64,000 bases of DNA from an uncultured Planctomycetota bacterium (GTDB lineage Bacteria; Planctomycetota; Planctomycetia; Isosphaerales; Isosphaeraceae), in NCBI GenBank assembly GCA_963818975.1, contig CAWFUI010000015.1, forward strand, positions 230,979 through 294,978, written 5' to 3'. Position numbers and translations under genes: made by a program. How positions within the stretch are numbered: position 1 is the first letter of the stretch; each line of letters opens with the position of its first letter. This document shows, piece after piece, positions 30,445 to 42,772 of the stretch. The notes beneath the pieces are model-generated. The model worked only from the letters and a program-made list of their open reading frames with translations, was not told the origin of the DNA and did not search any database.

Positions 30445-32713
30445 ATGGGCGCAGCATTGAGCGGCTTTCTGAGTGGGGGATTGGTTTTCGCGGAGTTTGA
30501 AGGCATGGGGACGGGTGTGAGCGTCCTTGTCTTTGCGGCGGTCGGAGTTTTGGCGGCGGCGGTTCTTTCCGGCGTCCGCTACATTCCCAACAACAAAGTG
30601 GGCATCCTCGAGAAGCTTTGGTCTTCCAAGGGGTCGGTGCCGGAAGGAAGGCTGATTGCACTTGCCGGGGAGGCGGGTTACCAGGCCGACGTCCTTCGCG
30701 GCGGCCTGCATTTCGGGCTTTGGTTCTGGCAGTTTCGGGTTCACAAGGTTTCGCTTGTGAGCATTGGCCAAGGCAAAGTCGCCTACGTTTACGCCCGCGA
30801 CGGCGAACCGCTTTCGACCACGCAAACGCTTGGCCACTATGTCGAATCGAATAATTTTCAAGATGCACGCACGTTTTTGATTGGCGAGCGCGAGTCGGGC
30901 GATTCCGAACCGAGCTTTGGCCAGCGAGGTCGACAGAGGAAGATCCTTCGCGAAGGCGTCTATGCGATCAATCTGCGCTTTTCGTCGTGATTACCGAGGA
31001 CGTCGTCTTCCGGCTGAATTTTCAGGGTCAGAAGGAGCTCGAGACTTTGGTCGCGTGGCAGAAGACGCTGCGCGAGATCGACGGCTTTAGCCCGGTGGTG
31101 ATTGGCCCTCCGATCGCGGCGCCGGACCCTTTGAACCCAGGCAAGGAGACGACGGTCGACAGCATCGGCATCGTGACAGTGCACGACGGACCTTCCTTGG
31201 GCCGGGGGAAATCATCGCGCCATCGGTTGGCGCCGATCGATCGGATAAGAATTACCACAACAATTTCCAGGATCCCGAGGCGTTCTTGATGGCTGGGGGC
31301 CGACGAGGCAGGCAGTATCTCTCGTTGACGGACGGCACATACTTCATCAATCGTTGGTTCGCCACGATCGAGGAGATTCCCAAGACCGTCGTGCCGATCG
31401 GCTACGTTGGCGTGGTGATCAGCTACTACGGACAGGCGGGTCACGACCTCTCGGGAGAGGCTTTCCGTCACGGCGAGCGAGTCGCCGAGGGGGAGCGAGG
31501 CGTTTGGGAACGTCCTTTGGGTCCAGGCAAATATCCGTTCAACACGTACGCGGGCAATATCATCCTGGTCCCGACCACGAACTTCGTGCTTCACTGGGTG
31601 ACCGGAAGGTCGGAATCCCACCGATACGACGAAAGCCTGCGATCGATCGACCTGGTGACTCGCGACGCCTACGAGCCTTCTCTGCCGCTTTCGGTCGTCG
31701 TGCACATCGACTACCAGAAGGCGCCCAGCGTGATCCAAAGGTTTGGAGACGTGAAAAAGCTGATCACACAAACGCTTGATCCTATGTTGAGCGCATACTT
31801 TCGGGACGTCGCTCACAAGAAAACGATGCTCGAGCTGCTGCACGAGCGGGACAAGATTCAGCAGGAGTCTCGCGACGAGCTGAGGCGGAAGTTCCACGAT
31901 TTCGACATCGAGTGCGTCGACGTTCTGATCGGCAAGCCCGACACGGCGGCTGCCGGCGACAAGATCGAGATCCTGCTCGAGCAGTTGCGTCTGCGGCAGC
32001 TTTCGATCGAGCAGATCGAGACGTTCGGGCGGCAACAAGCGGCTGCGGAGAAGCTGATGCAATTGAACCACGCGCAGGCTCAGGCTGCGATGCAGACGCA
32101 GCTTACGAACTCTCGCGTGCAGGTTCAGATTGCCGAAAACAAAGGGGACGCGGCCTTGGCCTACGCCCGCAAGGAAGCCGAGAAGACGGTTGTTACAGCG
32201 CAGGCCGACAGCCAGCAACGCATTCTCGCAGGCCGAGGCGAGGCATCCAGACTTCTTCAAGTCGGGCTCTCCGAGGCTTCGGTCATGCTCCGCAAAATCC
32301 AGTCGATGGGCGACTCGCGTCTCTACGCCCTGGCGCAGACCGCGGCGAACCTTTCGAAGAGCACGCAGCCCTTGGTTCCCGAGCGCGTCTTCATGGCTGG
32401 CGGCGGGGGCGGGGGCAACGGCGACGGCGAATCGTTGGGCGCCAACGGATTGATGGGCGCCTTGATTGGCCTCTTGGTCGCCGAGAAGTCGGGCTTTCAT
32501 CCCAACGGAGAACACGGAAGCGAAGCCCTTTCGAGCCTCGAGGCTTACGCCGAAAAGATGACGCGAGAGGTGCTCGACGGCGCCCCAACCCAGGCGATCG
32601 GCGACGCCGAGGACTGCGCTCTGAGCCCAGCCTCGAACGCGGCCGCCTTGGCAACCGAGGAGAGAAAGGAACTTCAAACGATCGCCTCTGGCCCGAACGA
32701 GGAAGGCGCCTGA
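30445..32713 (+). CDS. flotillin / SPFH (band-7, YqiK-like) family membrane protein; two apparent 1-nt frameshifts (~30978, ~31200)
   Basis: N-terminal TM, then VRYIPNNKVGILEKLW. After the frame slips the sequence reads ...EGVYAINLRF | ITEDVVFRLNFQGQKELETLVAWQKTLREIDGFSPVVIG | ...RSDKNYHNNFQDPEAFLMAGGRRGRQYLSLTDGTYFINRWFATIEEIPKTVVPIGYVGVV..., with a long coiled-coil and Gly-rich C-terminus. Confidence 0.8.
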
Positions 32714-32813
32714 AGGAAGCGCCAGGACAAGAAGCCTCCTGACTTGAAACCCCCAGGCCCGGCCGCCAACTCAAACGAGCGGACGGGCTTGGTTGGTTTC
32801 TCCTTCAAAAGCC

Positions 32814-35800
32814 TCAGCTCGAATACGTCCAGGTCTGGATCGCCTGGGTCGAAGCGAACCCGCCGGTCGACCCAGTGAAGCCAACGTACGCGACCGAGCC
32901 GCCGATGATCGAACTCAAGTTCAGGCCTGCGTAAATATGTGTAAATGTCGCCTTTGTGACGTCGTCGACCACGGTCTCGGTCAGGTTTGATCCGTTGTAG
33001 ACGAGAGTGGCGGTCATCAGGTCGCCGGAGAGCAAGTTGACGTACCCCGTCATGTCGACCGCGGGAGTCGTGGGCGAGGCGCCGTTGGTGTAGAGCCCCG
33101 TCGAGTCCGACCCCTCTCCAGCGTCGTTGAAAGTATCGAACTTGATCGCGACGCTGTTGCCGACGCCCTGGTAGCCGAGCCCCGCGCCGATGGCGCAAGG
33201 GCGGTATTCCCCGAGCCCTGGAGTGTGAAGGTGAAGCCGTCGCCCAGCGTCCCCGTCCCGCTGATCTGAAAATTAAACGTGGATGTGAATGTGCTGATGG
33301 GTTCTTCCACCGTGGTGAAGACGCTTCGAGCTTCGAGAGTGTTGCCGTCGGTCAATACCAGGTTCGACCCGCTGACGGCGGCGCCTCCGTTCAATGTGAG
33401 AACTCCCAAAGCGCCCGAGGCGAACCCGTTGGAGAAATTGACGAAGGGAGGCGTCGTGGCGTTTGCCATGTTCGAGGGGTTCGAGAGGCCCGACGCGTCT
33501 TGCGCCAGGACGACGAAGTCATACGCGACTCCCGACGAAAGTCCAGCGCCTGGAACGTCGACGAGCCTGCTGGAGCGAACCCGATGGTTGCGAAGTGGAT
33601 CCCGTCGGTCGAGTCCTCGACGAGGTAACCGGTGGCGAGGTTCGGTTTCACGTCGTTAGAGGTCCAGGCCAGGTCGATTTCGGTCGGCGAGACCGCCGTC
33701 GCCGTGAGGTTCGATGGTGCGTTGGGCAGGTTCGAGAGCGTCCAGTTCTGGACGACCTGGGTCGACTTGAAACCGCCAGTCGACGCGGTAAACCCGACGT
33801 AGGCCGAGGTCCCGCCAACGATCGATGGAATGTTAATTCCAGTGTACGTATGATTGAACGTTGATTTCGTGACCAAGTCGACGAGCGTTTCGACAAGATT
33901 CGCTCCGTCGTAGGAGATCGTAGCCGAGATCGGGTCTCCCGAGTGGAGATTGACCGAGCCGGTCATGTCGATCGCTGGGGTCGTGGGCGCCGCGCCATTG
34001 ATGAAAACGCCGGTCGAGTCGCTGCCTTCTCCGGCGTTGTTGTAGAGGTCGAATTTGATCGCGACGCTCTTGGCGATTCCCTGGTAGCCCAGTCCGCCGC
34101 CGTTCGCTCCGAGAGCTGTATTGCCAGAGCCTTGGATCGTGAAGGTCAAACCGTCGCCTTGGTTTCCAGAGCCGGTGACGAGGAACGTGAACGTCGTCGT
34201 GAACGTCGAGATTCCTATGGGCGCGGTGGTGAAGACGCTGCGGGATTCGAGGATCTGACCGTTGGTGAGAACCAGGTTCGAGCCCGAGACTGAGGCGCCT
34301 CCGTTGAAGGTCAAGCTACCAGCCGAACCGGTCGCGAAGCTGTTGAAGTTGACTCCGCCGTTGCTGTTCGTGGAGGCCTGAGCGACGTTGGAATACCCGG
34401 AGTACCCGATGGAATCATGTGCTCGTACTCGGAACTCGTAAGACGTTCCGGCAGCCAATCCGGCGACGGAGTAACCCACTGCCCCCGCCGGAGCAACGGC
34501 GATCTGGGTGAAGTGGACTCCGTCGGTCGATTCCTCGACGGCGTAGCCGTCGGCCACATTGGGGGCAACGTCGTTGTCGGTCCACGATAGGTTGATTTGG
34601 CTAGTCGAAAACGCGGACGCCGCGAGGTTGGTTGGCGCCGTGGGCGCGGCCGTTGGCCCGGCTGGGAGCGTCGCGGTATCCACCTCGGTGAACGCCGAAG
34701 GTCCGGAGGCGTTGTACGCCAGGATCCTGTAGTCGTACGTCGTGCTCGGAAGAAGGTTCGTGTCGGTATACGTGTCGGTGCTGGGCGCGACGGAGACGTC
34801 CGCGGGCAGCGCGACCAAGAGCGAGAACGCTCCTCCTGAGACGCTTCGATAGATCTGGAATCCGTCTTCGTTGTTGGCGTTGTCGGTCCACGTAAGACTG
34901 ATCGAGTTCGATGTGATCGAGGCCGCGGCCGCGTTGGTCGGGGCGATCGTTGCGACCGGCGTGCTGACCCAGACTTCGCCCGAGTCTTCGCTTTCTCCAC
35001 CAGGGCTCGTCGCAGTCACTTCGTAGAAATAGATTTCGCCCTGTGAAAGGTTAACGTTGCTGTATTCGTCGTTACTGGCGCCTAGCGTGGCGTAGAGGTA
35101 GAAATCCTCGTCGCTGGACGAGGCTCGATAGATGTTGTATCCGGTCGCTCCAGCCACGGGGTTCCACGTGATCATGGCCGTCATCGGAACGCTGGCCGTG
35201 GAGGTTGCGTTGTATCCCTGGAGCACGGCAGCCACGTTTTGGGGAGCTGATGGCGCTCCGGACGTGGCTGAACCTGGCGTGTACGTCCAGCTCTTGATTA
35301 CTTGCGTAGCGGTCAACGTGCTGTCCGACGCGGTGAAGCCGACGTACGCCGTGTTGCCGCCGACAAGAGAAGGAATGTTCACCCCTGTGTAGGTTTGAGT
35401 AAAAACCTGGCCGGTGATCGAATCGGCCAGCGCTTCGATAAGATTCGATCCGTCATAGGAGATTGTCGCGTAAATCGGGTGGCCGGAGTTCAGGTCGATC
35501 GAGCCGGAAAGGTCGACCGAAGGCACCGTGGCGCGGCGCCGTTGATGTAGAGTCCGGTCGAGTCGTTGCCTTCGGTTACGTCGTCGTAGGTGTCGAATTT
35601 GATCGCAAGGCTGTTGGTTATACCCTGATAGCCAAGGCCGGCGCTGCCGAGCCCAAGCGCGCATTGCCGACTCCCTGGATCGTGAACGTAAAGCCGTCCG
35701 CAAGTGGGAGGGCGCCAGTGATCTGGAATTCGAAAGTCGTTGAGAACACGTTGACGTTCGTGGACGTCGTCGAGAACACGCTCCGCGTTTCGTTGGGTTG

Positions 35801-38800
35801 GCCGTCCGTTAGGACGAGATTCGACCCCGTGACGCCCGCGCCGCCGTTGAACGAGAGTACGCCGGACGTGCCGGTCGCGAAACCCGTCGGGAAGTTGATC
35901 GGGACGGAGGGCGTTGCCGAAGCGACGACGTTCGTGGGGTTCGAAACTCCCGATGCGTCTTGGGCCTGGACGATGAAGTAGTAGTTCGTGGCGGGCTGGA
36001 GCCCAACGACGTTGTAGGCGGTCGACCCCGGGGGCCCGACTGCGATCTGATTGAAATGGACTCCGTCGGTCGATTCCTTGATCGAATAGCCCGTCGCCAG
36101 GTTTGGCGCGACGTCGTTGTCGGTCCAGGCGAGGTCGATTTCCGTCGGCGAGGCTGGGTTGGCGGAAAGGTTCGTCGCGGGGTTCGGGAGGTCCGAGAAC
36201 GTCCAGGTCTTGACGACCTGGGTGGCCTTGAACCCTCCCGTGGAACCCGTGAAACCTACAAAACCGAGCGTTCCACCGAGGAGGGACGGTATGTTGATGC
36301 CAGTATATGTATGTGTGAACGTCTGATTGGTAGCGAGATCGGTCAGCGTTTCGACCAGGTTGGAACCGTTGTAAGCGATCGTGGCCGACATGAGATCGCC
36401 CGCGTGGAGGTTCACGACGCCTGTCATGTCGATCGCCGGCGTTGTGGGCAGAGCTCCGTTGGTGAAGACTCCCGTCGAGTCGTTGCCTTCCCCTGCGTTG
36501 CTGTAAAGGTCGAACTTGACTGCGAGGCTCTTGGCGATTCCTTGGGAGCCGAGCCCAGCTCCGTTGGCGCCCAGAGCGGTGTTTGCCGTGTTTTCAACGG
36601 TAAAGGTGAACCCGTCGCCTTGCGTTTGCGAGCCCGTGATGAGGAACGTAAACGTTGTAGTGAATGTCGAAATCCCGACGGGGGCGGTGGTAAACACGCT
36701 GCGAGACTCGAGCGGTTGCCCGTCGGTGAGAACGAGGTTCGAGCCCGACGTGGTTGCTCCGCCGTTGAAGGTCAAGATTCCAGACGTACCCGAACCGAAG
36801 CCCGACGAGAAATTCATCGAACTGCTGTTCGTCGACGCCGAGGCCACGTTCGAATAACTCGAGTAGCCCATTGTGTCGTGGGCCCGAACTCGGAAGTCGT
36901 AGAGCGTCGAGGCCAAGAGCCCGACGACGGAGTAGCTCGAGGATCCCGACGGCAAGAGAACGATTTGCGTGAAATTGACTCCGTCGGTCGATTCCTCGAC
37001 GGCGTAGCTGTCGGCGAGGTTCGGCGAGACGTCGTTGTCGGTCCACGACAAGTTGATCTGACTGCTCGAGAACGTCGTCGCCGAAAGCGCCGATGGCGCC
37101 GCCGGCGGGGCGCTTGCTGGAACTTGAGGCGTGTAGGCCGTCACTCCCGTGAAGTCTGAATATCCAGCTAAATTAAAGGCCTGGATATGATAGTCGTATC
37201 GTGTGTTGGGGGTCAACCCCGAGTCGGTGTACGTGTCGGTGCTGGGCGCGGGGTTCAGGTCGGCGGGCAGCGAGACGAGCAGGGAGAAGGCGCCGTTGTT
37301 AACGCTTCTGAAGATCTGGAACCCTGCTTCGTTGTTGGCGTTGTCGGTCCAGGTGAGCGTGATCGACGTCGGCGTAATATTGACGGGCTGACCGTTCGAG
37401 GGGGTGGGGGCTAGAGCCGGCGTGGTGATCGAGGTCTCGGTCGAGAAGGCGCCTTGCCCGACCTGATTGACTCCCGCCACTTCGTAATAGTAGGTCGATT
37501 CGGTCGCAAGGCCTGTATCGTAGAACGCGGGCGTCGTTGTCGTGGCGACCTGTTGGTAGTGCAAATCGTCGCCCAGGCTGCGCTCGACGATGTAGCTCTG
37601 CGCGTCTGGAACAGTGCTCCAGGTGACCGTGGCGCCCAGGGGCACCGGCGTGGTTGACCCGGCGGTGTAGCCGGTGACGAATGCTTGGAGATTCTGTGGC
37701 ACAGCGGGCGGAGAGGCCGTCGCCCCCGTATTGACCGTATAGACCCATGACTCGATCGCCTGGGTCGCTTTTACGCCGCCCGAGGCGCCGGTGAAGCCGA
37801 CATACCCGTTGGAGCTGCCAACGAGCGACGCCAGGTTGATCCCGGTGTAACTCGTATTGAACGACGCGTTGGTCACTGTGTCGGTGATCGATTCGTAGAT
37901 CGTCGATCCATCGTACGAAATGGTCGCGGACATGAGATCGCCGCTGTGCAAATTGATCGAAGAACTCAGGTCGACGAAGGGGACGGTTGGGGCGGCTCCG
38001 TTTTCGTACAGCCCCGTAGAGTCGTTGCCTTCCCCAGCGTTGTTGTAGAGGTCGAATTTTACGGCGAGGCTGTTGTTGATGCCTTGATATCCAAGTCCGC
38101 CGCCGGTAGACCCCACTGACGTTGGAGAGACTCCCTGGACTGTGAATGTGAACCCATCGCCCTGAGTCCCAGGTCCGGTGATCTGGAACGTAAACGTGGT
38201 CGAAAACTCATTGATTGGAACGGTTGAAGTCGAGAACACGCTTCTCGTCTCGGCGGCGTTTCCATTGGTCAAGATCAGGGAGCTGCCGCTGATCGACGCG
38301 CCGCCGTTGAACGTAAGCGGACCTTGCGCCTGCTGTCGAATCCGTTGGGGAAGTTGATCAGGTTCTGGGCCCCTCCCGCGGGGAGGGTGGTTGTGCTGGC
38401 GATATTCGTATAGCTGGAAAAACCAACGGCGTCGTGGGCTCGGACTCGGAAGTAATAAGTGGAATCCGGCTGAAGGTTGCCGACGTAATACGCGGAGGCG
38501 CCGACGGCGACTGTGGCGATCTGCGAGAAGTTCACGCCGTCGGTGGAGTCTTCAATCGCGTAGTAGTCCGCGAGGTTGGGCTGGACGTCGTTGTCGGTCC
38601 AGTAAAGATTGATCTGAGAGCTTGAAGCGGCAGTCGCCGTGAGGTTGGAGGGCGGCAACGGCGGGCTCGTCGGCGAGTTGATCAATCCATAGATGACCAG
38701 GAAGTTGTTCGGGTTGCCGGTTCCGGACGCGACGTAGACGTGGCCGTTGGCGACGGTCGGCACCTCGAACTTGACCGCCTGCCCCAACGAGTCTCGGTTT

Positions 38801-40502
38801 CCAGGCGCCTGTGCGCTGGTGTAGAGCTCTAGGTTGTAACCATTGGTGGAATATGCTCGGAGTTGGCTCGATCCTCGATCGACGTCCCAGACCACACCCT
38901 GACCGCTGCCGTCGACGGTGATGACGGGGGTGGATCCCGCGAACGTGAACGTGTCGTTGGAGCGAGTGGTTGGCGACGAGCTCATAACCGCATTGGAGAT
39001 CGAGAACGTTTTGGCGTTGCCTCCGTATCCCTCGACGTAGTAGATCGTGTTGTTGTAATAGGCCGCCGTATCGAGAGAGGAGCTCAAGGCCCCGCCGACT
39101 TCCTGGACGATGTTGTCGGTCAGGCCAAACTTGCCCATGTTGTCGCGGTTGACGAGATAGAGCGTGCCGGTTTTGCCGCCGCCAACGATCAGGTTGGGAA
39201 TGGCCGTACTGCCGGCCGAGGCGGGCAGGATCAAAGGCGCTCCGGAGCCGAGGTCCAGGTCGTGCGCGGTCAAGTAGAGTTGGTTGTAAGGAGTGAAGTA
39301 GTCGACGACTGTAAGTCCCCAGCCGTTGATATTCTCATTCGTGGCGCTTGTTGTGGGATCAATCGCGAGCTTGACGAACGAATCTCCGTAATCGCCTTGG
39401 GCGGGAAATCCCGCGGCGTTGAGCCCGGTGACGGGTCCTGGCGCGGGGGAGGTTGGGTTGGTTGCGGAGCTCGTGCCGTTGTTGCCGTCGAACGTTCCGT
39501 TTCCCGACTCGAAGTAAAAGTACGTCCCGTCGAACGCAATCGAGCCGCCCGCCTCCCAGATCCCCCCCGCGGTGCCGTTGGGGCTGTCGTTGAATACGGC
39601 GGTCAAGGCGAGGTTCGACGCGCTAAAGCCGAGGACCCAGCCGTGGTAAGGGCCGTTGTCCCCGTGCGAAGCGTACGGTATGTAAACGACGTTGTTCACC
39701 AGCGTCAGCGCCCGCGCTGGCTTTCCCGAAGCGCGTTGAACTGGTCCACGTTTTTGCCAGTGTTGTTGTACGGGTCCTTCACGTAACCTGAACCAGTTCC
39801 ATAAACATAAATCTGTGTGTTATTTTGATTGATATTCGTGCCGTTCGTATCCCCTGGAGCGTCGGTGGTGTCGCCGATCATGTGCGGGCTTATCGCGTTG
39901 GCGCCGTTGGAGATGTTCAGCGCGAACAGAAATTGGACGTAGTGCGCAGTCGTCCCCACCATTTGTTTCGTGGCGGCCACGACGTACATGGTGTTGTTTG
40001 CAGGGTCGATCACCGGGGTGCCGGTTATGCCGATCTCGACGGTGATGTCGCCCGACGCGACGTCGGTTGATGGGACGGTCGTGACCGACGTGGCGCCTGG
40101 GATTCCGGTGTCGAACAGGCTGCGCTGCCACAAGAGCTTGCCGGAATTGGCGTCGAAGGCGTAGACGCTGTCGTGTTCGGTCGCCGCGAAGACCACGTCG
40201 TGAACGCCCTGGTAGAGGCCCGTGGTGATGTTGACCCCAGTCTTCACAAGCGGTTCGGCGTAGATCTGGCCGTCGACCTGTGATTGGGCGACCTTGCCAA
40301 AATCCTGCTGATTGACCGTCGTCGGCGTCAAAGCCGTTTCCGTCGCGTCCACGCCGGAGCTTGCCACGTTGTAGCGATAAGAAAGCACGTCGGTTGCAAG
40401 CAGACGTCGCGTTTCCAGTTCTTCAAGACGCGGCAGCCGCGCGTGAGCCTTGCCGCGCCCGGAGAATCGACCAGGCCTTGGATGCTTACGGTTCGGTTTC
40501 AT
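32814..40502 (-). CDS. giant secreted repeat protein (~2,560 aa): N-terminal signal plus PQQ-like beta-propeller, then about five tandem [fibronectin type III + L-type (legume-like) lectin] modules; multiple apparent frameshifts
   Basis: N-terminus MKPNRKHPRPGRFSGRGKAHARLPRLEELETRRLLA, with DSVYAFDANSGKLLWQRSL (PQQ repeat). FN3 repeat example: PSNLTATAASSSQINLYWTDNDVQPNLADYYAIEDSTDGVNF...YYFRVRAHD. Lectin repeat example: FTFQITGPGTQGDGFTFTVQG...GGGLGYQGINNSLAVKFDLYNNAGEGNDSTG...VDLSSSINLHSGDLMSATISYDGS. The gene is assembled from six track ORFs in different frames (39705..40502, 38275..39699, 35618..38272, 33391..35703, 33050..33469 and 32814..33053). Confidence 0.75.
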
Positions 40503-41100
40503 GGAAGAAGTTCCTGATGCGATGTCTAATTTGTAACGTATACTTATGTGTTTAATATAGCAACTTTAAGTCGAGAAGCTTCGTCCCAGGATGTTGGCGA
40601 GCGGGGCGCGCCAAGCCAGGACAGCAATTCGACGGCCAGACCGCGAAGAAGCAGTCGGCCCGGGGCAATACCACGGAGAGAGATCGAATTGTTCGAATCT
40701 TCAATCGAAGGAGTGTCGTCCGCCGGATGCTAACTTTGGACCGAACCAACAGGACTGTTCGTGCAGCCCAAGCGATCCGCTCCACCACCGAGTGAAAACG
40801 GAAAGACACTATTGAACTACCAGAAAGGAACCGTTCAAAGCAAGTGCCTTGGAGTTGGTCTCGACCGCGAAAGTTGAAAAAAATTAACAAACACTAACGC
40901 ATGAGTATTTGGATGGATGCGCGATACTTTGATGTGCAAGTCGAGTTACGGCGAATTGAGTTGGGTGTCTCGCGAAATTATTCCGGATGTTCAGCCATTC
41001 AATTCTCACTTATTGGCTTCCCTCACGTTCGAGACCCGCCAACGTGCTTTTCCGCTACGCGCGTTTAGACCATTGTGCAACGATTCATTTTCGGCTCCTT

Positions 41101-41739
41101 CTAACTCGAAAACCGAGGATCGTTTTGGCCGTCGAGCCATTCGTCGTTTCGCACGCTCTGATTTTTTGTTATGTGTCGAGTCAATATGATCAAAAAAGCG
41201 AACAGTCCAAGAACTCCAGCCAAAGTCCAGCCCACGGCTTTTTCGGCGGCTTTGAACCCTTTCCCGCGGCGAGAGTTTTCGAGAACCGGCCGAGCCGCGC
41301 CGACAATCAATGGCGCCAGACGGGATCCTTCGCGCGATTCGTATTCGATCAAACGAACCAGGACGCCCTCGAAATCCACTTCAGACCCAGGTTCGATCGA
41401 CTTCGACTTACGTTCTTCGAGCGGCCAGACCAGACAGTAAGGGTTGCCTCGAGCGTCGAATGCCCATGTTTCGCATAAAGGAGGAAACGCCCCGGAAGCG
41501 CCTTGTCTGAATTCGAGCTCCACCTTGGCATGGATGCGGATTCGTTTGCCTGTGAATGCAGCAGGGTCTTTCCAGAGGGCTCCGAAAGAGACGATTTGGG
41601 GCGATCCTCCAAGTGTGGAGTCTTTCAGAGCCTTGGCGTAAAGCGGCAGGTCGGCTTGGGAAAACGGCGAACCCTCGGGTGGGTCGTCGTCCACCACTTG
41701 CAGGATCAAGATCATCGCCGAGAGTATGAGGCTTGTCAT
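41101..41739 (-). CDS. hypothetical membrane protein (N- and C-terminal TM helices) downstream of the exbBD genes
   Basis: MTSLILSAMILILQVV... and ...GWTLAGVLGLFAFLIILT. No proline-rich TonB-like segment. Confidence 0.45.
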   Translation of the reverse strand: MTSLILSAMILILQVVDDDPPEGSPFSQADLPLYAKALKDSTLGGSPQIVSFGALWKDPAAFTGKRIRIHAKVELEFRQGASGAFPPLCETWAFDARGNPYCLVWPLEERKSKSIEPGSEVDFEGVLVRLIEYESREGSRLAPLIVGAARPVLENSRRGKGFKAAEKAVGWTLAGVLGLFAFLIILTRHITKNQSVRNDEWLDGQNDPRFSS

Positions 41740-41749
41740 TGAAGCTTTA

Positions 41750-42295
41750 TTATCGAAGCGAACCCTTGGGCGGTTCATCCGTTTCCGGATCGGCGAGGCG
41801 AATCGAACTAACGCCCGCTTGCGAAAATGCTCCGATAATCTTCGCTGCCTGGTCGTAAACCAAAGCGTCGTCGGCGATGAACAGCACCCGTAGCGGGCGA
41901 TCCGCAAGGATTTCCCGATATCGCGTGAGTCGCTCCTGGAGCAGATCGACGTTCGCGATTGGTCCTCCGCCCAATCGGATCGACCTCAAACCGCCCAGGT
42001 CGTCGGACTCGGCCCGGACCACCAAGTCGCTCTCGAACTGCTCGCCGATTTCGGGCTCCTTCGAAGCTGGAGTCGCATTCGACTCGATCGGAAGATCCGC
42101 GCGTCTGCGTTCGATTGTCGCGGGCGCCACAGGCAAGTAGAGGTCGAGTCTGCTTTCCCGAGAGGGCGCCCGGAAGGTCAGAATGAAGAAGGCCAGGAGC
42201 TGAAACGCCATGTCGAGCATGGGGGTCACTGGGAACACAACCTCTTCCAGGGTTGCTGTGCGTCGGCGGCGGCGAGTCGATCTTGGCCAGCTCAT
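41750..42295 (-). CDS. exbD: ExbD/TolR family biopolymer transport protein (paralog 2)
   Basis: VTPMLDMAFQLLAFFILT (ExbD TM motif). ATGA overlap with upstream exbD. Confidence 0.75.
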   Translation of the reverse strand: MSWPRSTRRRRRTATLEEVVFPVTPMLDMAFQLLAFFILTFRAPSRESRLDLYLPVAPATIERRRADLPIESNATPASKEPEIGEQFESDLVVRAESDDLGGLRSIRLGGGPIANVDLLQERLTRYREILADRPLRVLFIADDALVYDQAAKIIGAFSQAGVSSIRLADPETDEPPKGSLR

Positions 42296-42768
42296 CTTTG
42301 GCTCCGCAGGACGACCAGAGTGAATCGAGCAAAGCCGCGTCGTTGGGCCATTGCAAGTTGGCGGCGAACCATGCCATAAGGCGCCCTTTTGTCTGCTCGC
42401 ATGAAGACCCTGGTCGTGAGCTCCCCAGGGGTCGATCCCAGCAACTCCTGACCCGTCCTGCGCAGCTTGGCCTGTTCGTCCCACCACAGGTCGGCCGCTG
42501 CGTCTTGCATCGCCTTGCCCTGAAAGACCAGGCTTCCCGAGGCGTCGACGATCACGACCAACCGATCAACGCCCATATCCGCCTTGGGCATCGCGGATGC
42601 CGCCACCGGAAGGCGTACGGCCACGGTTGAACCTTCGATCCTCGTGCCGAAGTGGACGAGCATCATAAAGAACGTGATCAGTTGCAAAACGACGTCGAGC
42701 AACGGAGTGAGGTTCAATCCCTGACCCTGTTCGATGCGCTTGGATCGTCTGGAACGCCTCATATCCAC
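42292..42768 (-). CDS. exbD: ExbD/TolR family biopolymer transport protein (paralog 1)
   Basis: LNLTPLLDVVLQLITFFMM, 158 aa. Confidence 0.8.
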   Translation of the reverse strand: MDMRRSRRSKRIEQGQGLNLTPLLDVVLQLITFFMMLVHFGTRIEGSTVAVRLPVAASAMPKADMGVDRLVVIVDASGSLVFQGKAMQDAAADLWWDEQAKLRRTGQELLGSTPGELTTRVFMRADKRAPYGMVRRQLAMAQRRGFARFTLVVLRSQR

Positions 42769-42772
42769 GCCT

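Noticed and set aside
27226-30861. 1,211-aa minus-strand ORF spanning the whole decarboxylase, MfnB-like and ATC-like operon
   Set aside because: Low-complexity Arg/Gly/Ala-rich translation with no motifs. The opposite strand encodes three proteins with clear family signatures. It is a typical antisense shadow ORF in GC-rich DNA.
40680-40720. tRNA-like T-loop string GTTCGAATC
   Set aside because: Flanking bases do not form T-stem, acceptor or anticodon arms. No tRNA could be folded.
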